A stretch of 64,000 nt of DNA from an uncultured Bacillota bacterium. Its GTDB lineage: Bacteria; Bacillota; Clostridia; Christensenellales; UBA1242. Position numbers and translations under genes: made by a program. Under the pieces are notes generated by a model. It saw only the letters and a program-made list of their open reading frames with translations, ran no database searches and was not told the DNA's origin. Location of the stretch: contig CAOJXO010000004.1 in assembly GCA_948465545.1 (NCBI GenBank), positions 1,139-65,138 on the forward strand, written 5' to 3'. Numbering within the stretch: position 1 is the stretch's first letter; each line of letters opens with the position of its first letter. Of this stretch, positions 48,107 through 59,500 are shown one piece after another.

Positions 48107-48476
48107 TTTTTTTTGCAGTAGTTTTGGTTGCAGGTTTCTTTTCAGCAGTTGCCTTTTTTGTAGCAGGCTTCTTTACTTCTGTTTTCTTCGCAACAGGTTT
48201 AGCCTCTACCTTTTTTGCTGTTGCAGCCTTTTTAGCAGGTTCAGTTTTAACCTCAGTCTTAGGTTCTGCTTTCTTTGCTGTTGCTTTCGCTGGAGTAGCC
48301 TTTACCTCCTTCTTAGATGCACTTTTTGTAGTAGTCTTCTTTGCAGGTGCTTGCTTAGCAGGTTTAACTTCTTCTACTGGCTCTGCTTTTACTTCTTCTG
48401 CCACCTCTACCTTTTTAGCCTCAGCCTCTTTTGCTTCTTGCTCTTTTAATTTTTTCTTTTTGTTCCAAAAAAACAT
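48096..48476 (-). CDS. lysine/alanine-rich histone-H1-like low-complexity protein (probable N-terminal part of a frameshifted gene)
   Basis: GAGGTG RBS. The sequence is ...AKKVEVAEEVKAEPVEEVKPAKQAPAKKTTTKSASKKEVKATPAKATAKKAEPK...KKPATKKATAEKKPATKTTAKKSRK*, and the stop comes 3 codons after the A8 run. Confidence 0.65.
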   Translation of the reverse strand: MFFWNKKKKLKEQEAKEAEAKKVEVAEEVKAEPVEEVKPAKQAPAKKTTTKSASKKEVKATPAKATAKKAEPKTEVKTEPAKKAATAKKVEAKPVAKKTEVKKPATKKATAEKKPATKTTAKKSRK

Positions 48477-48624
48477 ATTTTCACCTCACTTGCAATGATT
48501 ATAGCACTATCGACAAAATAAAGCAAATTTTTTTAAGGGGTGTTTTTAATAAAATATTTTAATATATATATTTACTTTAACCTTTTTATTTGATATAATA
48601 CATAATATAAAGTATGGAGGAAAT

Positions 48625-48864
48625 ATGGTAAAGTTTGTTTTAGATACCAAAAAGAAAATTGGAAATATTATTGAAATAAAAGAAAGAACTTTTGAGATTC
48701 CAAATCAAAGGGTTTGTCCTGAAGATGGATTTTTAATGGATTTTTCTGCACATCATTTTGGTTATATATGCACAAGATGCCAATTCTATCTTAGTGCTAG
48801 GCAATATATTAATGACACCCTTAAAGAAAATGGTGAGCCTACTATTGAAGAAGAAAATTCATAA
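48625..48864 (+). CDS. hypothetical small protein (79 aa), possible Zn-ribbon
   Basis: GGAGGAAAT RBS. Cysteines are arranged as RVCPEDG...YICTRCQFY. A terminator hairpin (ACACC-AATCAA-GGTGT-TTTT) follows. Confidence 0.5.
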   Translation: MVKFVLDTKKKIGNIIEIKERTFEIPNQRVCPEDGFLMDFSAHHFGYICTRCQFYLSARQYINDTLKENGEPTIEEENS

Positions 48865-48920
48865 AAACACCAATCAAGGTGTTTTTATTATATAAAATTT
48901 AAAAATTTTAAAAAAAATCA

Positions 48921-48949
48921 TTTACATTACAAAAAAAATTTGATATAAT
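48921..48949 (+). promoter_or_regulatory. extended -10 promoter upstream of tRNA-Arg
   Basis: TTTACA, 17 nt spacer ending in TGA, then TATAAT. Confidence 0.55.
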
Positions 48950-49022
48950 ATACTTCGTATCAAGGCAAGCCATAAACGGATGTTGATGCGAAAGGTTTGA
49001 CCGAACCTTAAATACGGTCCGT

Positions 49023-49099
49023 GCGTTGCTAGCTCAGCTGGATAGAGCGTCTGTCTACGGAACAGAAGGTCAGGGGTTCGAATCCCTTGCGACGCACCA
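49023..49099 (+). tRNA. tRNA-Arg (ACG)
   Basis: GCGTTGCTAGCTCAGCTGGATAGAGCGTCTGTCTACGGAACAGAAGGTCAGGGGTTCGAATCCCTTGCGACGCACCA folds as a 77-nt cloverleaf with anticodon loop CTACGGA. CCA is encoded. Confidence 0.92.
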
Positions 49100-49115
49100 T
49101 TTTTATTTAAGGATT

Positions 49116-49147
49116 AAAAAAGACGCGAACTGAGTTTGCGTCTTTTT
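49116..49147. terminator. bidirectional terminator between tRNA-Arg and cls
   Basis: AAAAA-AGACGCGAA-CTGA-GTTTGCGTCT-TTTTTT. Confidence 0.8.
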
Positions 49148-50599
49148 TTAAAATAATGCAGAAAGGAGTCTAAGTATCGCTTGTGCGAATTTGGTTATCC
49201 ATTTTTTTCTCTTGAAATAATCAATGTTTATTTCTTCTGATTGTTTCATATCTTTAAAGAATGTTAAAGAGTACTCTTTATTTAGACTTTCAGAATACAG
49301 AATTGCAGTATCCTCAAAGTTAAGTCCAAACGAGCGATTATCAGTATTGCATGTACCTATTGAAAGTTTATTACTGTCAACGATAATTGTTTTACTATGA
49401 AGAAATCCGTTATACAAGTATACTCTGACACCCAGTTCAACCATTTCTTTCAGATATGAAAGCGTAACATGATATACCGATTTTTTATCTGGTATCTTTG
49501 GTACCATAATACGCACATCTACCCCGCTTTTCACAGCAATTCGAAGCGCACTCATAAATACATCGTCGGGTACAAAATATGGGGTTTGTATATACACCTT
49601 TTCTCTTGCACTTGTGATTAGTTTTACAAATACTTCCTTTATCTGCTGTTCGGGAGAATCTGGCCCAGATGAAAGCACCTGCACATTTACATCACCACAA
49701 ATCTTTGGCGAAGGAAAATAGCCGTTTTCAAGATACACCATAGGAGGAGTGCCGTCTTTCTTACAATACCTCCAATCATCAAGGAAGATGTTTTGAAGGG
49801 CATAACATCCACTTCCCTCAATTCTAACATGAGTATCACGCCAAGGAGTCAGACGTTTATCTTTACCCATATGGTCGTCACGAATATTGATTCCGCCAGT
49901 ATAACCAATAAGCCCGTCAATAACAACAACCTTTCTATGGTTTCGATAGTTAACCTTTAGATTAATCATTCTGAAATGCATAAATGGAGGGAAAAACTCC
50001 GCCACCTGACCGCCCGCCTTTGCAAGTTTCTTGAAAAAGCGTCGTGGGGCATGACGAGAACCTATGGAGTCATAAATCAATTTTACGTCCACCCCCTCTT
50101 TTGCCTTTTGACATAAGAGGTCCATAATCTCGTTGCCTGTTTCGTCATCTTCAAAAATGTAATATTCAATATTGATTGAGTGTCTTGCATGTTTTATATC
50201 ACGTTTAAGATCAGCAAGTTTATCCTTGCCCCAATTATATATTTTTACATCATTTCCAGGACAAGGATAACTTCCATAGTTATAACAAAGTGTGATTATC
50301 TCACGATCCACCTTAACAAGCCCGTCATCTTTTACCTGCTCCAGCGTTTGGATACCTTCAATATTTTTAATAATGTCATGTTCGGAAATGGCTTTATCAC
50401 GAATCATTTTACGAGTCCTGATACTTAAACCACTTCCAAAAATAACATATAGTAAGAATCCTATCACTGGCAGGAAGGTAAGAATGGTGAGCCAAGAAAT
50501 TATGCTGTGTGGCTTTCTCTTTTCAAGGAACACCATTCCTATCATCATGAAAAAGTTAAAACAAGCAATGATTGTAATTAATATCGTAAACCAGTTCAT
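49148..50599 (-). CDS. cls: cardiolipin synthase
   Basis: Two N-terminal TM helices and two HKD motifs (NHRKVVVIDG and LHSKTIIVDS). The ATG overlaps the stop of the giant upstream gene (ATGA). Confidence 0.92.
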   Translation of the reverse strand: MNWFTILITIIACFNFFMMIGMVFLEKRKPHSIISWLTILTFLPVIGFLLYVIFGSGLSIRTRKMIRDKAISEHDIIKNIEGIQTLEQVKDDGLVKVDREIITLCYNYGSYPCPGNDVKIYNWGKDKLADLKRDIKHARHSINIEYYIFEDDETGNEIMDLLCQKAKEGVDVKLIYDSIGSRHAPRRFFKKLAKAGGQVAEFFPPFMHFRMINLKVNYRNHRKVVVIDGLIGYTGGINIRDDHMGKDKRLTPWRDTHVRIEGSGCYALQNIFLDDWRYCKKDGTPPMVYLENGYFPSPKICGDVNVQVLSSGPDSPEQQIKEVFVKLITSAREKVYIQTPYFVPDDVFMSALRIAVKSGVDVRIMVPKIPDKKSVYHVTLSYLKEMVELGVRVYLYNGFLHSKTIIVDSNKLSIGTCNTDNRSFGLNFEDTAILYSESLNKEYSLTFFKDMKQSEEINIDYFKRKKWITKFAQAILRLLSALF

Positions 50600-53500
50600 G
50601 CGTGTGCCACCACTGATTTGAAGGTTACGCCATAATCACTTAAAGGAACATACATAAAGTCACTATCTGCATAAGCATAGAAGTTTAATCCATTTTGAGT
50701 GTTTAAAGTAAAGCCCTCTCCCTCTGTAATTTTATCAACAAATTGCAGTTCGGTTTTTCTTGTTGCTATTCCAATAATGTTGGAAACATCTGTAATATTT
50801 AAGAAATAAACATCTCCATGAGAGTTAACTATTCTATATCCAGTTATAGTTTCTTCACCAAACAACCCTTGTTTCTTATTTAAATTGTTTTCTTCAATAG
50901 GTCTATCAAAGATTGTTTTATCAATTCTATATTGTCCATTGATTAACTGATCTGCAAATTCACTGCCGATAGTTAATCCTTCACCCTCTTCATTTTCAGC
51001 GAGGGTAAATTCACCAGAGTCCTCATTAAACAGGTAAAGTTGCACGTCGCTATTGAAAGCAACTTCTTTTCTTAAATTGTTTTCATCTGTAGTAAACTCA
51101 ACACCATTAAATCCTGTGAATGAGTTTTCACCAAGAATAAATTCTTCGCCTGCTCCTGCCACTGCTTTTGACATTGTTGAATATACTGTGCCAGTAGTTG
51201 GAATTGCGAGGTCTTCAAAGTTATGAATAGCCTCTTTTCCATTATTATAACCTACTGTATCCACTGTTATGGTGTTGTTATTTACATTGTCAAGTTCAAG
51301 AAGAGGTAGGTTGTTTACATACCATGTAGGATTTGCCTCACCTCCAATAATGTCTGCCAATCTAATATAGTAGACATTATTACCAACATTTTGTCTAAGG
51401 AAGGTAACCCCTTCAACTTCAATTCTATTTGCATTTGCATTAAATGTAGGCATATCAATCATCAACTTATTGTCAACAAATTTATCGCTATCAATTAATA
51501 CACTGCTTATTGAACCTACACTTGATACTGCCCCATCAGTATAAGTATACACAAGGCTATCACCGCCAAAAGCAAACATAGGCTGTTTCAACATAAATCT
51601 TACTGTACCAAGGCATTGATCAAATTGAGAATCTTTATTTCTAAACTGTCCATCTATACCAGATACCTTAACATATATTGCAACATTAATATAGTGAGTA
51701 CTAATATTAAACGCACTGCTTGTTGTAATCTGACCGCTATTAGTATCAATATCAGCCGCACCAGAAGACACTTCATTTGTTATTTCATAATAGATATAAC
51801 CATTTGAAGAAGCACTGAATGAATCATAATTTACTGCTACAATTCCGCCATCAGTTCTTTGACCGATGTTCAATGTCATATTGTAAGTCCAACCTGCTCG
51901 TGGGATAATATATTGATTTTCACCATCCCCCATAACGTCATTGGCAATAAGGTATCTATCTACCTGATAGTAAGAATCAGAGTAGTTTGTACTCATTGAG
52001 TAGTAATAATTTGTCACTGTATATTGTTGTGAAATCTGATAGGTATAAGTATCACTGCCATAAGTTCTTGCAAGATAATATTTTCTAACATTTACAGGGC
52101 CTCTGTAAAGTTGTTTTGCCATAGGAATATTAATTTTATCCTTGCCATTCATATTAGAGATTGCAAACTCAAGTTCTTGTGATCCACCATCACCACCATG
52201 AATTACATTTCCTGCATAGTCAACATAATATCCTGTGTAAGGAGTATTTTGTACTTCCGCACTTCCAAACTCAGTTACAGTAAACTTTAATCTATCCCCA
52301 GCGTGAAGGGTTTGATTAAACAATCCTGAAATAGAAACCATTTCTGTTCTTGTATAGTCATAATCTTCATTAGAAGCCACGTTGTCAACAATAATACCTG
52401 AATCTAAGTTTTCAACAGTATACCTAATCTGACTTGTACCTGGAAGAGTAATCTTTAAAGTGTCATCAAAATATTCTGTAGGAACACTTCCGCCCTCAGT
52501 TGTTGAAGTTGAATCAATATAGTCCTCAATATTAAACTCTACACCATCACGAACAACATTGTTTGTTCTTCCTGCATTTGCGTAATCTCTATTTACCGTC
52601 ATACGCACAGGCAAGTCAAACACTTCAACATTGCCACCTCTTGAATATGTAAGAGTAATAATCATCACAATTTCCTTGCTTTCTGATGCACCATAAATTT
52701 CTCCTGGAAGTTTAGGCATTCTATACCTGCCTTCAATATTTCTATAGAAAGAGGTTTCTATTCCATTGAAAACAAGATCAGATTTGGTTGCAAGATTTTC
52801 ATTTAAAGGTCTTGCCTCCGCACTGCCCTCATTTGCAGTGGTTATTTCTGCAAGGAATTTGCCATTGTCATACCATGCAATATGGGTAACTGTTGTATTT
52901 ACAAATTTTGGAATCTGTAAATAATCCAAATCTTTACTTTCTTGAAGTTCAACATTACTCTTAACCGAATATCCACCATTTGTAGTATTAGGGTTAAAGT
53001 AAGTTTCAATGGCCGTCGTTCCACTCTGTTCAATATTTAAGTTTTGATCAAATCCCCATGCCTCTAAGTTTGCAATATTAAGTACTCTAAAATCAGCACC
53101 ATTACTATTGCTTTCTTTAGCAGGTGAAATATCAACCACCTTATCATTTCCAGAGCCACTTCCAATAATATCTAATCTTTCATACTGAGCAGCAATATCA
53201 AACTTATAATTTTCTGTTATTGAGAATGACCCTTCCTCTAAAGCAGTAGGAGTTTCTCCACCAGAATTTAATATAAAGTAAACATAGAATGTATAACCAT
53301 AAGAGTCTACCGCTTTTAATCTATATCTTTGAGAGCCAAATACCACTTGTTGTACATCTACAAATGATAAAGCAGCATTGTCATTAGGGTTAGTCCAAGT
53401 CCACTGACTACCGATAGAATCTATCGTCCAAAGGCTACCTGATGCTGTTAAGTTTGAATTAAGTTTAGAAGTAACATTCTGTCTTATATTATAAGAGTAA

Positions 53501-56500
53501 CCTTGTACATTTTCGTCAAAAGTTAAAGTATAAGTAAATCCGCTTGCGGCAACCTCTTTATCAGAAGTTGTTGATCTTGAGTGTTTTACAGATACAATAT
53601 TAACGCCATTGCCAGCACCTGCAACATTAAAGTTGTACTTATCACTTGTTGCATAAAGTGGATAAGGATATGAAAGGTTGGATTTTACACCATTGTCATC
53701 AATATCAATGTTGGTTGTATTGTTGTATACAAGTTGATAATCTGATAATACCTGATATACCAAATAAAATTCTTTGGTGTAAGTTTGAGTTGTATCCCCA
53801 GCCCCTCTTCTTACAGTATAAGTGAGGCAAAGAAGAACGTAACTTCCATCATTATCAGCCCCAAAACCAGTAACTCTGTAATCAAGGACTTTTCGTTGTG
53901 ACAATGGAATGTCAGGTAAGTTTTCTTGAGAAGCAGATATACCAAGATAAGGGCGATCTGTAGTGTTATAATAAGGTTTTTCAATACCTGCAAATTTTGC
54001 CATATACTCGCTCATATTTGCAACAGTATCTACTGGCTTACGCACACCCACCACTTGCAAGTCAAGGTCAATATCACGTATCTTAATCTCATCACTGGTA
54101 AGGATATCCCTAGTGCTAGGATGATATACCTTATTGTTGCCTATAACTGAGGTGATTTCTTGGTTTACATAAATCACACTTGTACTATCAAGACCGCTGT
54201 ACTCAACCGCTATATCAAGGTCTGTTGTGTAATTATATACCGTGCTAAATGTTGTAGTTATCACATTTGCACCATTATCAAATGTAAACTCAAAATTAGA
54301 AAGTTTAACAATTTTTCTAATTTCTTCAGCGGATTGCTCTGTAAAGTAATCCGCAATCCTATGATTTTGTGAAGAGTCATAATCAGAAACAAATTCAAGC
54401 CCTGTGTTTGTGTAATCATAATTTACTCTTGAACCAACATAAGTCAGTCTAACACGACTTACAAGAGTTGGGATTCTTGCATATAAATCCTCATCTTCCA
54501 CTTTGACCGCTGTATCACTAATACCTATAAGGTCACCGTCATTATTAATAGTAAAACTTCCGCTATTATTGTGATATGTACCAACATAGTTATAGCCTAA
54601 AATACTTTCACCAACATCAAAGTAAAGTGTTTTACCAATGTCAGCACGGCTCATCTTAACATCGCGATATTTATATGTAATAGAGCCATCGCTTTCCACT
54701 TTGGTAAATATCAAACGATAGTTTGCGTTAATTATACTATCAACTGCGTTGTCGCTACTGATTTCAAGTTCAATAATTCTGCCATCTGCAAAGATATTAT
54801 TTGAAAGAACATTGTCAACATAGAAGGTTTCAAGATTGTTTGTTCCCTCAGAGTTTTCTTGATTAATCATAAGTGAAAGAACATTGTCTTGAAGAACAAT
54901 CTTATAAGTTTCAGTAACACCATTGCTTTCAATAAGGAAAATTGCGTAACTATCAGTACCATCGTTTACAAGTTCGCCATTTTCATTATACTCTCCAATT
55001 ACAAAAGTTAAATCTTTAACATCAATAGGCTCGCTAGCAGTATCGTCAACCAAGATGTTAGAGCCGTCTTCAAGTTTGATTTCCCCTCTGTCAGAGGTTG
55101 TGATGGTGATGTTGTTCTTTGCTGATAAGGTTACTTTATAATCTGTCCCAACAGTTGAACCTTCAACGCTTACAAGTGCCAAACGTTTTCCGCCGAATGT
55201 GGCATTTCCATTAAAGAAGTTTTCTTTTGCACTTGCAAATGCTGTTCCATTTTTAAAGTAATCTGCATCAAAGTCCTCACCGCGAGTTTGAGGAGTATAA
55301 GTTAAAAGATTTGTGCCGATTATACTTGTTTTAAGCGAGCCTGCCACTGTTTCAAATGTATTGTCAGAGTAGTATACTGTTCCTACTGCAAACTCGTATC
55401 CAAAAGTGCTTTCAGAAGAAATATTTTTTCCATCATCAGCATTCAAGTAGTAAACATCATCCCCGATTCTATATTCAAAGTATTTGTAAGTCATAATAGT
55501 TCTTGTAGGCTCTGGATAACTTACATAAATCTCTGTATTAGGAGAAATGTTGAAAGTATATCTAACGCACAATTCTTGATAAGTTAGATCTCCACGTTTA
55601 AGGTGCAATGTTAAGAGAACTACCACTGTTGCACCATTTTTATTTACATCCTTAGTGTGTATTACTGGAATTGTTTGATTTGTTGCTTCAACAATATAAT
55701 CGCTTCCAGAAATCGCTCTCCATGAATAACGAACATCAAAATTTGAAGGTGCTATGTGAATAATATCATTGCCGTTCTTACCAAAACTAATAAGTTCCTC
55801 AGTTGTTAAAGCAAGATTGTTTTGAGCGATTACACTTTCTTTTCGCTCTATTCTTTCAGCAGTATTCTCACTTGTGCCAACAACTTTTTCGCCGTCGGTT
55901 TGTTTGATGTTTGCACTGACTTTAAGTGGCATTACAAACTCATAAGGATATGTCACTGTATTGCCCTCTTCATCAACACCATTAATTGCAAGCGTTATTG
56001 AAACATTAATGGTTGCATCTTTAATAGAAGAGTAAATCTTAAAATCACTATTGTTTACAAACTCAAAGAGGTTGTAATCTTCTTGGGTATCACTAGCAAC
56101 TGCACTTACGATAGTATAATCATTTGCAGTTACGCCATTTAATGTCAACTCTTTTACAAGGTCAGATTTAAAATTATAAGTACTGCCCGCTTTTACCTCA
56201 GCCACACAATCAATTTCAGCACTTGCTGTAAGGTTGATTGTAAGTGTACCTAAATAGCCATAGTCGGTGTAGAAAGTAATATATGCGGTCATATCTTTTT
56301 CAAGATATCCACCTCTTGTCAAAATCAATTTTGCAATTTTAGCATCTCTTTTAGAGATATATTTTGCAGTAAGAATAGGATTTTCGCTTTCAACAACAAC
56401 CTTTTCGCCATCACTGTTTTCAATTATAGTTTTAACTTCGCCTTCATCAGAGTAGCCGTTTATTTGTAATACTTCATACACAAAACTATCTGTGGAGTTC

Positions 56501-59500
56501 ACGGTAGAAACAAGTTGTACATCCATTTCAAGGTTTGCATTTGAAGAGTTTAATGTAATACTTGCATTATTACCATCAACATTAACATTATCTCCTGTGT
56601 AAGAAAGTGAATAGTTCATTGTTGAATTGATAACAAATCTATAATCAATTTCTCCGCCGATTACCTGACGGGTGTCACCTCTTGAACCACCATCATATAC
56701 CCTTCTAATTTCAAGGGTCATGATTGCATTTCCAGCCTCTCTTGTAGGAGTTGCAAGCATATTTATATGTCCGTTTACTTCTCTAAACTCAACATTAAGG
56801 AATCTTGAATAATCCGCTTTATCAGTGTATGTTTGATTGTCCTTAGTAAGGCTAACAACCCTATAAGAGAATTTAAGGCTGTCACCTATAGTTGTTGGAT
56901 TACCATCCTTATCATACACAACAACACTAAATCTTTCAGCCCCAGCATGAAGGGTTTGATTTGAGAATTTCTCAGAAAGGTCAATGCCGTTTTCTCCACC
57001 AATCACACTGCCAGCAGTGCCAGAGATCTCCTCACGTCCGCTATCAAACGCATAGAGTGCACTGTTAACTTTGGTGTCAGGCAATACTTTAATCACATAA
57101 TAGAAATCTTGAACAAATGTACCATTTGAAATTTCAAATTGAAGTGCAATGTATGCAGTGTCTATTGCCTGAGATAAATGGTTGATATCAATATGCCAAA
57201 TCTTACTTTCCTCATCTTGATAGATATTCTTTACAAGAGTATCATAATAGCCCTGAGAAGTAGGCACAAAACTTATACTTGTTGTAAAACCACTATCTTC
57301 AGGGAAAATGAACCCTTTGAATTGTGATTTTACCAAATTACCTTCAACATCTTTTGCAAGAGTATCAGTAAACATCATTGGGTTTGCAATTTCATAATCA
57401 CTACCAGCAAGCAACTCTTCATATACACCATTTGCAATCAAGTCGTCTGGTTTTGCAAGAGCATTTGCAAGTGTGTTAAATTCTGTATCAGTATAACTTA
57501 CAAAGTCAAGTCCGATGTTAGAAACAAGAAGTGGAATCAACATTGTCCCTTGCTTTCTGTCCGCCCCATTATGTATTTCAACAATAAGATATATGGTTGA
57601 ATCACCAAGACCTCGAATAGCCTCGTTAATATTTTCAAAACTGATTGTGTTTCCACCTGGAACATCATATGCCAATTTTCCAGTTTCAGGGACTCTTTGT
57701 CCGCTAGCATCAATATAATACTTCATTATATTGAAAAGATAAGCTGTGTTTTCAATTGTGTTATTAAATTTCCAGTTGTAATCTTTTTGAACAAGAAGAT
57801 AATTAATTCCATCAACAGTCTGTACTGTTGGATTGATATTTGTAATAGTACCGTCCGCGTTTTCAACCTTATAATATATCTGGTTTGCAAGTGAAGCGTA
57901 TGAATATCTTTCTCCGAGGTCATATTTCAAAGTTAAGCGAGCCACTTCGTCATAGTTGGTTGAGCCAGCAATAGCAAGTTCAAACACTAAGTCTTCTGAA
58001 AGAGCCTCAACATTATAATCGAAGAATGGCGGATTTGCCTCATTGATTCTTACCGTTGCATCAAAGCCATTTCCATTTAAGCGGAGGTTGCTTGATTCGC
58101 CCTTTGCAAGGGTAATACGTGGAGTGAATGTAAGAGCCTCACTACCCTCTTTAACACGGCTTATAGTAAAGTAATTGCTAAGTGCGTCGGCACTTGTAAG
58201 AATTGAATAAGTCTTATCATTATACTCAATCTTGACATTTCTCTTTACTGTAAAGTTTACATTATAAGTTAATGCGAAAGGATTTTCTACACTATCAAGA
58301 TAAATTGTCACAGAATAATTGTTTTGTTCTACATTATAGAAATCGTTGAATAAAAACTTTCCATTTGCAATCTTTCCAACAGAAATAGTTTCCGCATTGT
58401 CAGCATTGCTAAGCACATATCCATTTCCGCCTCTAACAATATAATATCCATTAAATGCAGAAAGTCTTTCGGCCAAAGTGCCACTGCCGTCTTTATATGA
58501 AAGATTGCCTTTTGCCTCTTGCATAAAACCTGCATAGGTTTCTATTTCGGCATCAGCCTCAACAGTCACGTTTGTTTGAAGAAGAAGGTCAAGTGAAATA
58601 TTTATTGCTCCGCTATTATTAGAAGATACAATTTGCAAGCCTAACTCATGATAAGAAGCAAAGTCGTTTCTTATATATATATTAGTAATGCCTTCATTTC
58701 CTTGTCCTGCCCCCAAAAGTGCAAGAAGTGTTCTAAGTTCATTTGCGGTATAGCCACTAGGAAGTTCACTTAAAATTCCCTTATCGCTTTCGGTATTTAA
58801 TGTGCGGTTGATATAAACCATACCATCTGCTCCAAATATATTCATTAAAACTTCATCACTAAGTGAATATAAATATGCAGAATTAAAAACGAATTTATAA
58901 CCAGAACTCAGTTCGTTTGTTGCATTTTGATCGGTATAAAGTTTTATAAGTGTGTTTGGATTAAGAGTTTTACCCTTTGCACCATATTTTTCTACTGAAA
59001 CACTGCTTGTACTAGCATTTGTAACATAGTCGTCGTTTGGAATCACAGCCTTTATTTCACGGCTATTATCCTTCTTAATACTTTGAATACCTGTGGATGT
59101 AACCACAAAGTTGATAGCCTCTGAATTTTTGTTTTCACATTGAACGTAAATAGTTGCATTTGCATTATCTGCTGTTTTAAATGTGAATGTACGATTGTTA
59201 ACTGTAATAACATTTGGATTGTTTGTAGCAAATGACCAACGTGAAGCAAAAATATTGCTGTTGCCATGTTGGTCGATAACTCTTACCAACAATTTGTTTA
59301 TAAAAATTTCAATGGCATTATCAGTATCAATCGTCGTTGTTGTCCCATCTTTCAAATAATGGGTGATAATTGTTTTAAAAGTAGAGTCCGCTGTAATTTG
59401 TTGGTTAACAGTAACATCACGGTTAAGGTCAACTGAGTCACTAGTAAACTCAATAGTTTCCACCACTGGCGTATAGATTTTTATATCACTGTCTGATGTG

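Noticed and set aside
48124-48498. 124-aa plus-strand ORF (A/F/S-rich)
   Set aside because: It is the antisense shadow of the K/A-rich gene. Its composition is the reverse-complement artefact of AAA/GCN codons.
48950-49022. ~70-nt leader before tRNA-Arg with nested pairing (ACGGA...AAGGTT-TGACCG-AACCTT...TCCGT) as a possible small RNA or tRNA fragment
   Set aside because: It has no tRNA-like T-arm or D-arm sequence. It is most likely an ordinary precursor leader removed by RNase P.
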